Positions 19,301-26,784 of a stretch of DNA of 64,000 nt are shown piece after piece. Position 1 is the first letter of the stretch. Each line of letters starts with the position of its first letter. The stretch is taken from NCBI GenBank assembly GCA_020718225.1, contig DYSO01000001.1, positions 10,968-74,967 on the forward strand. The letters are read 5' to 3'. Source of the DNA: Draconibacterium orientale. GTDB lineage: Bacteria; Bacteroidota; Bacteroidia; Bacteroidales; FEN-979. The position numbers were made by a program, and so were the translations under genes. The notes beneath the pieces are model-generated. The model was not told where the DNA came from. It worked only from the letters and a program-made list of their open reading frames with translations, and searched no databases.

Positions 19301-19667
19301 AGTCGCCGTATTGGCCGATATTGCTTTGCTTCAGATCAGAGAGGGAATTAAAAACAATAAACTGCACTTTTTCTTCAAGCGTCGACTGAAGGGTTTGTTC
19401 AATTCCGGGAATATGCTTATCCGCATATTCCGCTGTAAAAAGGGCCAGTTCCCTGCCATTCAGATAAAAATAGGTATCGAATTTTTCGAAACGGAAATGC
19501 AGCCAGAGGAAATCGTTAAACTGAACCCTGCTTTTTCCGAAAGTCAATTGCGATCCATTGTAAAACTGAGCTTCGGTTTTAAAAGAAAAATGAAGGAGAA
19601 AGAAAATGATGATCCATACCGCCGTCCAACTTTTGGATCGTCCGTTAAAGCATGCATCCTTCGTCAT
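16302..19667 (-). CDS. large outer-membrane protein: PD40/TolB-like beta-propeller repeats plus Omp85 (surface antigen D15)-type C-terminal barrel
   Basis: 1121 aa with a signal peptide. PD40-like repeats include GPDGQTVAYA...IYKVFLLNLETGK and YSDDGSLLLFSAVQKGQSDIFVYNIASG. The C-terminus GFGFGARTRLFGYFIRADLAWG...YFSLSLDF is typical of Omp85 barrels. Confidence 0.65.
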   Translation of the reverse strand: MTKDACFNGRSKSWTAVWIIIFFLLHFSFKTEAQFYNGSQLTFGKSRVQFNDFLWLHFRFEKFDTYFYLNGRELALFTAEYADKHIPGIEQTLQSTLEEKVQFIVFNSLSDLKQSNIGQYGDWDYYNTGGVTKIIGGRVMLFFDGDYEHFEQQIRAGIAQVILNSMMYGTGIGAQIKNNALFTIPEWYSNGLISFISRKWDAGLENLVRDAIINGRYEKFNGLTGLEATQAGHSFWKYIALKYGESAIPDIVYMARLSRNVERGFQNVTGQSFQALVTEWLAFYKEVYTLQESGRNLPPGIPVNKKKKPGRLYNQLKVGPDGQTVAYATHQLGIYKVFLLNLETGKKRRIYRGGYRLAERPDYSFPLIAWHPGGKALSLIVERKGKRCLYIYDREDKSFSRQILENFQKVLDISYSDDGSLLLFSAVQKGQSDIFVYNIASGSHEQITRDLFDDQNPRFFNHSRDIIFSSNRLSDTIRFDDPVKIDQLHHFNDLFLYNYADKQNILHRLTHTPGVHETQPLPYSDHYFCFLGDQNGIVNRYLGKYDSAIAFIDTATHYRYFTTTFPITNYSRNIEEQDISVKGAKMGEIIYNNRNYRMFLEDLVRPDRVDRIELQPSPLQINQKPLPVPGAEVKKSDSGLHLAEPFTVHRRKHFSVVRQSEVISPKWRLSDTVSGNTGLIQQIDQWIGDSTRKKQIPSEPFSMMASSSLFLGKRDSVNKYKSARQLNYNVEYSIDQMVTQIDFTYLNFAYQPFTGSASPVFINPGLNALFMVGLTDLMEDYRISGGVRLNVNLINNEYLLSYSIYKRRLDHQITFHRKAVEEWGYYSLIRHKIHELYYVATWPFNPVLNIKGTAAVRYDRAVYLSTDQYNLKVPDVHTVWGSIKGELNYDNTRSLGVNLYQGTRYKFFGEYYQMLNTSGNNLVVLGLDFRNYQKVHRTLIWANRFAISASFGSNKLLYYMGGVDNWLFPRFNMDIPVATDQNYAFQTLATNMRGFTQNIRNGNSFFVYNTELRWPLFRYLFNRPIRSDLINNFQIVLFGDVGTAWTGASPWSADNQLFVRYVRNGPLFIKVEMQKDPIVEGFGFGARTRLFGYFIRADLAWGVDDGQIMKPVFYFSLSLDF

Positions 19668-19748
19668 ATCCAGCAGTACAAAGCCATATAATTAGAACTG
19701 CTAAAGTACGATTATTTTCTATGCTGCAGCCATCTGGGCACATTTTCA

Positions 19749-19756
19749 TATCTTTG
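19749..19756 (+). promoter_or_regulatory. TAnnTTTG -7 box upstream of the MBL hydrolase
   Basis: tatctttg lies 27 nt upstream of ATG 19784. Confidence 0.4.
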
Positions 19757-19783
19757 CGGCCTCTGTAAAACATCGAAAAAACA

Positions 19784-20422
19784 ATGATCCATCTCCAAAA
19801 AATGACCTTTAATTCCTTTATGGTAAACACCTATTTGTTGTACGATGAAACCGGCGCATGTATCATCATCGATGCTGCCTGTTACGATGTTGAAGAACAA
19901 CAGGAAGTAAAGGATTTTTTGACAAAACATCACCTGAAACTGGTTCGTAACCTCAATACCCACTGCCATGTTGATCATGTGCTTGGAAACCCTTTTATTG
20001 CCGGTTCATTCCAGGTATTTCCCGAATATCACCAACACTCCCTTCCTTTTTTCAAGACCATCAGGGAGATTGGCTCCTCTTTCGGATACACCATCGACCA
20101 GCAGCCCGAACCTGCCCGTTTCCTGGTAGAGGATGAAACCATTCATTGGGGAAATTCATCTTTAAAAGTTCTTTTTACACCCGGTCATGCCGCCGGGAGC
20201 GTCTGTTTTTATAATGAAACCCAGGGATTTGTTATCACCGGGGATGTGTTGTTTAAAGATACCATCGGACGGACCGACCTTCCTTCGGGTGACTTCAATC
20301 AATTGATGAAAAGTATCAAAACCAAACTTTTTACCTTACCCCCCAATACCATCGTTTATCCGGGACACGGCCCTGAAACACAAATCGGGTATGAGATGGA
20401 GAATAATATGTTTATAAGGTAG
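19784..20422 (+). CDS. MBL-fold metallo-hydrolase (glyoxalase II-like)
   Basis: THCHVDHVLG (HxHxDH), TPGHAAGS and GDVLF..TIGRTDLP. Confidence 0.88.
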   Translation: MIHLQKMTFNSFMVNTYLLYDETGACIIIDAACYDVEEQQEVKDFLTKHHLKLVRNLNTHCHVDHVLGNPFIAGSFQVFPEYHQHSLPFFKTIREIGSSFGYTIDQQPEPARFLVEDETIHWGNSSLKVLFTPGHAAGSVCFYNETQGFVITGDVLFKDTIGRTDLPSGDFNQLMKSIKTKLFTLPPNTIVYPGHGPETQIGYEMENNMFIR

Positions 20423-20529
20423 CGAGGTAGCGAGGTGGCGAGGTGGCGAGGTGGCGAGGTGGCGAGGTGGCGAGGTGGCAAGGTAGCGAGGTGGCGAGGT
20501 GGCGAGGTAGCGAAATAGCGAAATAGCGA
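20418..20529. repeat. 8-bp tandem array, 14 copies (GGTAGCGA/GGTGGCGA, one GGTGGCAA, last two AATAGCGA)
   Basis: Counted base by base. The first unit contains the MBL TAG stop (20420-20422). The array ends 2 nt before ATG 20532. Confidence 0.97.
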
Positions 20530-20531
20530 AT

Positions 20532-21539
20532 ATGATTTCTTCCTTGGTAAAAATTCTTATTATCCGGTTTAGTTCCATTGGGGATATTGTTCTTACCACG
20601 CCTGTGATACGATGCCTGAAATCACAATTGCCCGGATTGGAACTTCACTATCTTACAAAAAAACAATTTCTTCCCATCCTTGAGCCGAATCCGTATATAA
20701 ATAAAGTGTGGGGTTACGATCGTAATTTTCGCGATCTGATTCCCCAATTGAAGTCCCAGGGCTTCGATTACGTTGTTGATCTGCATAAGAATTACCGGTC
20801 GGTTTTTGTTAAGCGCCAACTTCAGGTTGCTTCGGCATCTTTTCCGAAATTGAACCTTCAAAAATGGGTCACTGTCCATTTTAAAATGAATGTGATGCCC
20901 GATATCCATATTGTTGATCGGTATTTTGAGGCAGTTAAACCCCTGGGCATTCAAAATGACGCAGGGGGTCTTGATTACTTCATCCCGGCTGTGGATGAAG
21001 TTTCGCTTGCAGGTTTGCCCGCCACCCATCAAAAAGGGTTTTATGCCATAGTCATCGGAGGAAAACATAACACCAAGATCTTCCCGCCGGAGAAAATTGT
21101 CGAAGTGTGTAAAAAACTCTCACAACCGGTGGTCCTGCTTGGCGGGAATGAGGACCGGGAACGCGGGGAACAAATAGCAGAAAGGGCAGGAACACCGATT
21201 TACAATTCCTGCGGGCTGTACAACATCAGTCAGTCGGCTTCGTTCATCCGCCAGTCCAGGGCCGTACTGACAAACGATACCGGCCTGATGCATATTGCCG
21301 CTGCATTCGGCAAACACATGGTTTCGGTTTGGGGCAATACCATTCCGGCTTTTGGGATGTATCCTTACCTGCCGGAAAAATTCAAAGCAAATTCCATGAT
21401 CGCGGAGGTCAAGGGCCTTTCATGCCGCCCATGCAGCAAATTAGGGTTTAAACAATGTCCTAAAAAGCATTTTCATTGCATGATGCTGATAGATACCGAT
21501 CCGATCGTTGATTTTTTAATGCTTGATAATAAATCGTAA
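20532..21539 (+). CDS. glycosyltransferase family 9 (LPS heptosyltransferase-like)
   Basis: ILIIRFSSIGDIVLTTPVIRCLK, VVLLGG..D and TNDTGLMHIAAAFG are typical GT9 motifs. Confidence 0.88.
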   Translation: MISSLVKILIIRFSSIGDIVLTTPVIRCLKSQLPGLELHYLTKKQFLPILEPNPYINKVWGYDRNFRDLIPQLKSQGFDYVVDLHKNYRSVFVKRQLQVASASFPKLNLQKWVTVHFKMNVMPDIHIVDRYFEAVKPLGIQNDAGGLDYFIPAVDEVSLAGLPATHQKGFYAIVIGGKHNTKIFPPEKIVEVCKKLSQPVVLLGGNEDRERGEQIAERAGTPIYNSCGLYNISQSASFIRQSRAVLTNDTGLMHIAAAFGKHMVSVWGNTIPAFGMYPYLPEKFKANSMIAEVKGLSCRPCSKLGFKQCPKKHFHCMMLIDTDPIVDFLMLDNKS

Positions 21540-21652
21540 ATCGTATATCGTAAATCGTAAATCGTATATCGTAAATCGTATATCGTAAATCGTAAATCGT
21601 ATATCGTATATCGTATATCGTATATCGTAAATCGTAAATCGTAAATCGTAAA
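21534..21652. repeat. 7-bp tandem array, 17 copies (TCGTAAA/TCGTATA)
   Basis: Counted base by base. The first unit contains the GT9 TAA stop (21537-21539). The array ends 4 nt before the TTG start of tatD. Unit order by position 6 is A T A A T A T A A T T T T A A A A. Confidence 0.97.
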
Positions 21653-21656
21653 TCCA

Positions 21657-22430
21657 TTGTTCTTTTCAGATTCACATACCCATCTGTACGCCGAAGCGTT
21701 CGACAACGATCGCGAAAAAATGATGCAACGTGCTGTAAAGCAAAATATTATGCATTTTTTTCTTCCCGCCATTGATTCAACATATCATAACAGGATGCTT
21801 AAGGTTGTGGCAGACTATCCCGATACCTGTTTTCCGATGATGGGGCTGCATCCGACCTCAGTAAAAGAAAACTTTGTCAATGAGTTGGCCATCGTTGAAG
21901 GTTACCTTGCAAACCCGGAACTGAAATTCTATGCCATCGGTGAAGTCGGCATTGACCTTTACTGGGATAAAACCCATGAAGCGGAACAGCGAAAAGCATT
22001 CAACTTCCAGCTTGATCTTGCGGTAAAGTACGACCTTCCGGTGGTGATCCATACACGGAACTCGATGGACATTGCCCTGAACATGGTTGAAGACCGGGAT
22101 GATTCAAGGCTCCGGGGCGTATTTCATTGTTTCAGTGGGAATGTTGAACAAGCAAAACGGGCCATCCGACTGGGATTTATGGTTGGAATTGGTGGCGTGG
22201 TAACCTATAAGAACTCAGGCCTGCAAACTGTGGTTGAAAAAACCGCGCTTGATCACCTGCTGCTCGAGACCGATGCACCCTGGCTGCCTCCGGTTCCATA
22301 CCGCGGCCAGCGGAATGAACCAGCCTACCTTCCGCTCATCGCCCGGAAAATTGCAGAATTAAAAAAAATTTCCATGGAAGAAGTAGCCGAAAGTACTTCA
22401 CGGAATGCAACAGCGTTATTTAAACCATGA
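21657..22430 (+). CDS. tatD: TatD-family metal-dependent hydrolase/DNase
   Basis: FSDSHTHLY, GEVGIDLYW, VIHTR, HCFSG and LLLETDAPW. Only a TTG start is available (in-frame TAA 15 nt upstream). Confidence 0.9.
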   Translation: MFFSDSHTHLYAEAFDNDREKMMQRAVKQNIMHFFLPAIDSTYHNRMLKVVADYPDTCFPMMGLHPTSVKENFVNELAIVEGYLANPELKFYAIGEVGIDLYWDKTHEAEQRKAFNFQLDLAVKYDLPVVIHTRNSMDIALNMVEDRDDSRLRGVFHCFSGNVEQAKRAIRLGFMVGIGGVVTYKNSGLQTVVEKTALDHLLLETDAPWLPPVPYRGQRNEPAYLPLIARKIAELKKISMEEVAESTSRNATALFKP

Positions 22431-22507
22431 TCCTGTCGGACCACTGAACACAGACAAAGTACCAGGGTCCGGTATATATTGGTGTTTTACTGTTAAATTC
22501 GATTTTT

Positions 22508-23536
22508 ATGATTGGACAAACAAATATTTTGGTGATCTATACCGGTGGGACCATCGGCATGGTTCAGGATCCAAAAACGATGGCGCTCCGTCCGTTGAGT
22601 TTCGACATCCTCTATAAGTACCTTCCGGTTCTGGAGAATTTCAACTGCACCATCGATTTTTATACGTTTGAGCCCCTGCTGGATTCATCGAACATGAACC
22701 CTTCGTTTTACATCCATCTGGCTACTGTGATCGAAGAAAAATACGAGGATTACGATGGTTTTGTCATTCTTCACGGGTCGGATACCATGGCCTATACGGC
22801 ATCGGCTTTGAGTTTTATGCTGGAGAACCTGAACAAACCTGTAATCTTTACGGGATCTCAGTTACCCATTGGAATGGTGCGGACTGACGGCCGTGAAAAT
22901 TTTATTAATTCCATTGAAATTGCCACCGCGAAGGAGTACGATACCCCGGTGGTGCCTGAAGTTGCCATTTGTTTTGAAAACAAACTTTACAGGGGGAACC
23001 GCACCAGCAAATTCAACGCCGAACATTTCGGCGCTTTCGTTTCGGTAAATTATCCCCTGTTGGCCGAAGTCGGGGTTCATATCAAATACAATCAAAATCT
23101 GATATTGAAACCTAATTTCAAGAAATTGAAGGCCCTCAAGACCCTCGATGAAAATATCACAATCCTGAAGTTGTTTCCCGGCATATCATCTCAGGCCGTT
23201 GAGGCCATACTCCATACAAAAGATTTGAAAGCCGTTATCCTTGAAACTTTTGGATCTGGAAATGCCCCGACCATTCCCTGGTTCATTGATCATCTTCAGG
23301 ATGCCATAACACGCGGAATTATTATTTATAATGTTACACAATGCAAAGGCGGAACGGTGGAGATGGGAAAATATGAAACCAGCGCCGGACTGAATAAAAT
23401 AGGTGTTATCGGAGGTTATGACATCACCACCGAATCGGCAGTAACCAAGCTGATGTACCTGCTGGGGTCCGGTTACTCCCAGGAAAGTATAAAACAATTG
23501 CTGCAAACCTCCCTACGGGGCGAAATGACTGTTTGA
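22508..23536 (+). CDS. ansA: L-asparaginase, type I
   Basis: ILVIYTGGTIGM (active-site Thr), VILHGSDTMAYTASAL and FGSGN. Confidence 0.92.
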   Translation: MIGQTNILVIYTGGTIGMVQDPKTMALRPLSFDILYKYLPVLENFNCTIDFYTFEPLLDSSNMNPSFYIHLATVIEEKYEDYDGFVILHGSDTMAYTASALSFMLENLNKPVIFTGSQLPIGMVRTDGRENFINSIEIATAKEYDTPVVPEVAICFENKLYRGNRTSKFNAEHFGAFVSVNYPLLAEVGVHIKYNQNLILKPNFKKLKALKTLDENITILKLFPGISSQAVEAILHTKDLKAVILETFGSGNAPTIPWFIDHLQDAITRGIIIYNVTQCKGGTVEMGKYETSAGLNKIGVIGGYDITTESAVTKLMYLLGSGYSQESIKQLLQTSLRGEMTV

Positions 23537-23553
23537 GAATCCCGAACTTTTTA

Positions 23554-23561
23554 TATCTTTG
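23554..23561 (+). promoter_or_regulatory. TAnnTTTG -7 box upstream of tRNA-Ser
   Basis: tatctttg. The heptamer array begins 5 nt downstream and the tRNA 66 nt downstream. Confidence 0.4.
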
Positions 23562-23565
23562 CACA

Positions 23566-23621
23566 TCGTAAAACGTAAATCGTAAATCGTAAATCGTAAA
23601 TCGTAAATCGTAAATCGTAAA
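23566..23621. repeat. 7-bp tandem array, 8 copies (TCGTAAA, one ACGTAAA)
   Basis: Counted base by base. Same unit and orientation as 21534-21652. Ends 5 nt before tRNA-Ser. Confidence 0.97.
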
Positions 23622-23626
23622 TTCCT

Positions 23627-23714
23627 GGAGAGGTGTCCGAGTGGTCGAAGGAGCACGCCTGGAAAGTGTGTGTACGCCAAAAGTGTACCCTGGGTTCGAA
23701 TCCCAGTCTCTCCG
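23627..23714 (+). tRNA. tRNA-Ser (anticodon GGA)
   Basis: GGAGAGGTGTCCGAGTGGTCGAAGGAGCACGCCTGGAAAGTGTGTGTACGCCAAAAGTGTACCCTGGGTTCGAATCCCAGTCTCTCCG. Anticodon loop CTGGAAA, long variable arm (GTAC..GTAC) typical of class II tRNA, T-arm CTGGG/TTCGAAT/CCCAG. Confidence 0.9.
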
Positions 23715-23737
23715 CTCAGAATGAATGCTGTTTAACG

Positions 23738-23780
23738 AAAACCACTGAAAACATGGATGTTTTGGTGGTTTTTTGTTTTT
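23738..23780 (+). terminator. rho-independent terminator after tRNA-Ser
   Basis: Imperfect hairpin aaaaccactgaaaacat..atgttttggtggtttt followed by ttttgttttt. Confidence 0.55.
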
Positions 23781-24055
23781 ATTAAAAGTAACATAAAGCA
23801 TTCAAAAGTAAACTTTCAGTGGCTTATTCGGTGGACTGAATTATTTTCCCTCCAAGTCCACCGATTTAGCATATTATGCACTGATTTACACTACTTTACA
23901 TTTCATTCTTTTGCTCTTGGTATCTAATTTAGTTAACCCGGCAAATTTTCCACAGGCAGTAAGGTCAATAATTCTGAAAGCGTTCTGTTTTTTTTCTGAC
24001 GGTTTTTCTGTCGATGTTAGCCTCTCCTTAATCAGGTTGATGACCGATCAAAAAA

Positions 24056-25048
24056 ATGTATAATATTGCATTCAATGTAAATGAAAAAATCAACAAAACC
24101 ATGATCAACTGCATACATAAAATAGCTATTGCCCTGGTGGCCCTGGTCACTCGGCTATCGTTTGTTTTCTTACTTTCATTGCCCATTTTCGCCCAGCAAG
24201 TCTCAGATACGGCGTTTACTTTCCCTATCGCCCAACCAACTTACCCTCCGGGGAGCGGGCCCTTGATTCTCATTGATGAAGCCCATTTCAATTTCCACAC
24301 CCTTGGTGGTGGATTTAAACCATTTGGTAAATTGCTGTCCGGTGATGGTTTCCGGGTCGCGCCTCTTGATCAGCCAATCATCAACAGCGGAATACTGGAA
24401 GGATGTTCCATTCTGGTTATCGCCAATGCCCTCAACGAATCCAATCAACAAAACTGGTTCATGCCAACCCCATCAGCCTTTGCTGCCAGTGAGATTGAGG
24501 TCATTCGTTCATGGGTGGCACAGGGTGGCTCTCTGTTTCTCATTGCGGATCATATGCCATTCGCAGGCGCAGCAAAAAATCTGGGAGCAGCCTTTGGATT
24601 TGATTGGCTCAACGGGTTTGCATTTACCCGGCCCCGGACCTGGCCTCCTTCTGTATTTAAGAAGAGCGACAAGACTTTGGATTCCGGTCCGGTAACCTCT
24701 TCAAATTTCGGTATGCACCCCATTGATTCGGTGATCACCTTTACTGGCTCAGCCTTTCGCATCCCTCCGGATGCCATCCCGGTATTGGTGTTTCATCCGG
24801 ATCACTACTCTCTTCAACCGGATACTGCCTGGCGTTTCACACCAGAAACACCCCGTCAATCCCTTGCGGGATATTACCAGGGGGCCCTGCTGGAGTATGA
24901 CAAAGGTCGTATTGCGGTATTCGGCGAAGCGGCGATGTTTACGGCCCAGATTGCAAACGGCATCCTCAAAGCCGGGTTCAATTCCGAAACAGCTCCGCAG
25001 AATGCCATATTCCTGCTAAACGTGATGCATTGGCTAAGTGGTAAGTGA
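24056..25048 (+). CDS. secreted hypothetical protein (DUF4350/GATase1-like fold suspected)
   Basis: TM/signal segment IAIALVALVTRLSFVFLLSLPIFAQ. LILIDEAHFNFH...ILVIANAL...GGSLFLIADH resembles the DUF4350/ThuA-like layout. The assignment is tentative. Confidence 0.45.
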   Translation: MYNIAFNVNEKINKTMINCIHKIAIALVALVTRLSFVFLLSLPIFAQQVSDTAFTFPIAQPTYPPGSGPLILIDEAHFNFHTLGGGFKPFGKLLSGDGFRVAPLDQPIINSGILEGCSILVIANALNESNQQNWFMPTPSAFAASEIEVIRSWVAQGGSLFLIADHMPFAGAAKNLGAAFGFDWLNGFAFTRPRTWPPSVFKKSDKTLDSGPVTSSNFGMHPIDSVITFTGSAFRIPPDAIPVLVFHPDHYSLQPDTAWRFTPETPRQSLAGYYQGALLEYDKGRIAVFGEAAMFTAQIANGILKAGFNSETAPQNAIFLLNVMHWLSGK

Positions 25049-25247
25049 CCGGTTCCATCCCAGATATCGCATTGCAGCCGGCCACGTTGCTGCAACGAGA
25101 ATTACCAACCCCAGAAATCCGTAAATAGTTTGAAGCAGAACGTATCCGACCCACCGGATCTCCAGCAGGACTGAGAGTATCCAAACGGAAACAGGAGGTC
25201 TTTTCATTGGAGAAATTCCGAATGGAGGTAAAAAAGATCACTTCAGA

Positions 25248-25721
25248 TCAGTACCTGTAATAAATTTTACTAACAATTTTCCAGTCGCTCCCGTATTTAT
25301 ACAGGAACTGATAATCCACAAAGGTGAGCTTTTCGCCCACGTAGAACTCAAATTTCGCCATGGCGGCATTTCCGGTCACATCGACCTCAAGGAACTTCAC
25401 CGAAACTTTCTCCTCCATTTTCCGGGGTAACTTCCCGGATACCAGATCGGCTTTGATCCTTTCCTTCCAGGCACTCAGCGAGTATTTCTTCAGGGATCCG
25501 TCGGCCCCCGGGATCAGCAGATCGAAGTCAGGATGGAACCCGGCGTTGATCTTTACGGTATCTCCATCGTTCTGGAGACCTTCGACGTAAGCGGTTTGAA
25601 TGGTTTGCCGAATGAGATCTTCGTCGGAAAAGGGTGTTTTCTGTGCTTGCACCAGGAGGCAAAAGAATAAAGCAGATAAAAGCAGAACTCTTGTTTTCAT
25701 GGCATTTGGTTTTTCCTGCAT
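25248..25721 (-). CDS. NTF2-like (SnoaL/lumazine-binding-type) secreted protein
   Basis: Signal peptide MKTRVLLLSALFFCLLVQAQ, ~130-aa mature domain with the IRQTIQTAYVEGLQNDGD...FHPDF pattern, ending W-K-I. Confidence 0.5.
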   Translation of the reverse strand: MQEKPNAMKTRVLLLSALFFCLLVQAQKTPFSDEDLIRQTIQTAYVEGLQNDGDTVKINAGFHPDFDLLIPGADGSLKKYSLSAWKERIKADLVSGKLPRKMEEKVSVKFLEVDVTGNAAMAKFEFYVGEKLTFVDYQFLYKYGSDWKIVSKIYYRY

Positions 25722-25926
25722 AAAAGTATGATTTAACTACACTTGCTGTAACCGGCGGGCCGCTTTTCGTCAATAATTACAGCATGAATAGTCAGGATGC
25801 AAAATTTCACGTAAAAGTAATTCTTAAAACCATCCTTCATTGCAAAAAAATTATCAACTTTGAAAAAAATCTATCGCTCATCGTTTCCACTGTTGCACTT
25901 TGTGAAATCACTAATTGAAGATATCC

Positions 25927-26760
25927 ATGAAAGAAAGAATCCTGATCATTGGGGCAACCGGCATGCTGGCCAGGCCTGTTGCACGCAAACTGAAAGATGA
26001 CGGCAATATCGTCAGGCTTTTCTCCCGTTCCGTATCGGAAAAGGAGGAAAAGGAGGGATACGAGATCTCCAAAGGGGATTTTTTCAACCCCTCCGATCTT
26101 GAAAAAGCCATGAAAGATTGCCGCCATGTTCACACCAACCTGGCTAAGGTAGATGAAGGGGTCGTCATGAAGGGGATCGTGGAAGCGGCGAAAAAGGCAG
26201 GCATCCAGACCCTCTCCTGCATCTCCGGGGCCTCCGTATGTGAAGAAAACCGGTGGTTTTACGGCACCGAAAGGAAATACCAGGCCGAACAGGCGGTGAT
26301 CCAAAGTGGTATCCCCTATATGATTTTCCGCCCATCCTGGTTCTTTGAATCACTTGAAATGATGGTCAGGGGAGGCAAGGCCATGATGATCGGTAAACAA
26401 CCTCATCCTTACCGCTGGGTGGCCTCCGACGACTACGGCCGGATGGTGGCAACCGCCTATGCTAAACCCGAAGCCCGGAACCGGATCTTTTACGTTCTTG
26501 GGCCGGAGTATCATAAAATGCGGGACCTTCTGGTCAATTATGTGAAGGCTGTACACCCGGAGATAAAAAAGGTATCGGATGTGCCGTTGTGGATGATGAA
26601 GCTGATCGGGCTGGTGTCGGGAAAAATGGATATCAAAGGGGTTGCCGATCTTTACGGATATTTCGAGAAGGCTCGTGAACAGGGAGATCCGGCCATGACC
26701 AATGAGTTGCTTGGGAAACCCGAAATCACTTTTGAACAGTGGGTGAAGGGAAAGAATTAA
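25927..26760 (+). CDS. NAD(P)H-binding NmrA/SDR-family protein
   Basis: Rossmann motif ILIIGATGMLARPVARKL. Length ~277 aa. Start taken at ATG 25927. Confidence 0.8.
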   Translation: MKERILIIGATGMLARPVARKLKDDGNIVRLFSRSVSEKEEKEGYEISKGDFFNPSDLEKAMKDCRHVHTNLAKVDEGVVMKGIVEAAKKAGIQTLSCISGASVCEENRWFYGTERKYQAEQAVIQSGIPYMIFRPSWFFESLEMMVRGGKAMMIGKQPHPYRWVASDDYGRMVATAYAKPEARNRIFYVLGPEYHKMRDLLVNYVKAVHPEIKKVSDVPLWMMKLIGLVSGKMDIKGVADLYGYFEKAREQGDPAMTNELLGKPEITFEQWVKGKN

Positions 26761-26770
26761 AAATTTAAAA

Positions 26771-26784
26771 ATTACGAATTACGA
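26771..26784. repeat. 7-bp unit ATTACGA x2 abutting the AraC start codon
   Basis: attacgaattacga is immediately followed by ATG 26785. The unit is close to the reverse complement of TCGTAAA/TCGTAAT. Confidence 0.6.

Noticed and set aside
20336-20599. 87-aa minus-strand ORF with the repeated peptide SPPR(Y/H)LAT
   Set aside because: It is the antisense read-through of the 8-bp tandem array (period 8 nt gives an 8-aa periodicity). It has no independent coding signal and overlaps the ends of two real genes.
21460-21772. Two minus-strand ORFs (71 and 99 aa) encoding the FTIYDLR/YTIYDIR repeats
   Set aside because: They are the antisense translation of the 7-bp array, which lacks stop codons on that strand. 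They overlap the GT9 3' end and the tatD 5' end.
5124-23621. Considered whether the tandem arrays could be CRISPR arrays
   Set aside because: Units are 7-8 bp and directly abutting, with no spacers. No cas genes are in the window.
23424-23801. 125-aa minus-strand ORF spanning the ansA 3' end, the heptamer array and tRNA-Ser
   Set aside because: It runs antisense through a tRNA gene and a repeat array, so it is spurious.
23828-23864. Perfect 10-bp inverted repeat tcggtggact(N17)agtccaccga in the gap after tRNA-Ser
   Set aside because: It could be an operator or att-related site. However, by my rough estimate a few 10-bp perfect inverted repeats with short spacers are expected by chance in 64 kb, and nothing else supports a function.
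25837-26304. 155-aa minus-strand ORF and the other antisense ORFs across 25.8-27.7 kb
   Set aside because: They overlap the NmrA-like and AraC/GyrI genes, which have clear motifs, so they are rejected as shadow ORFs.
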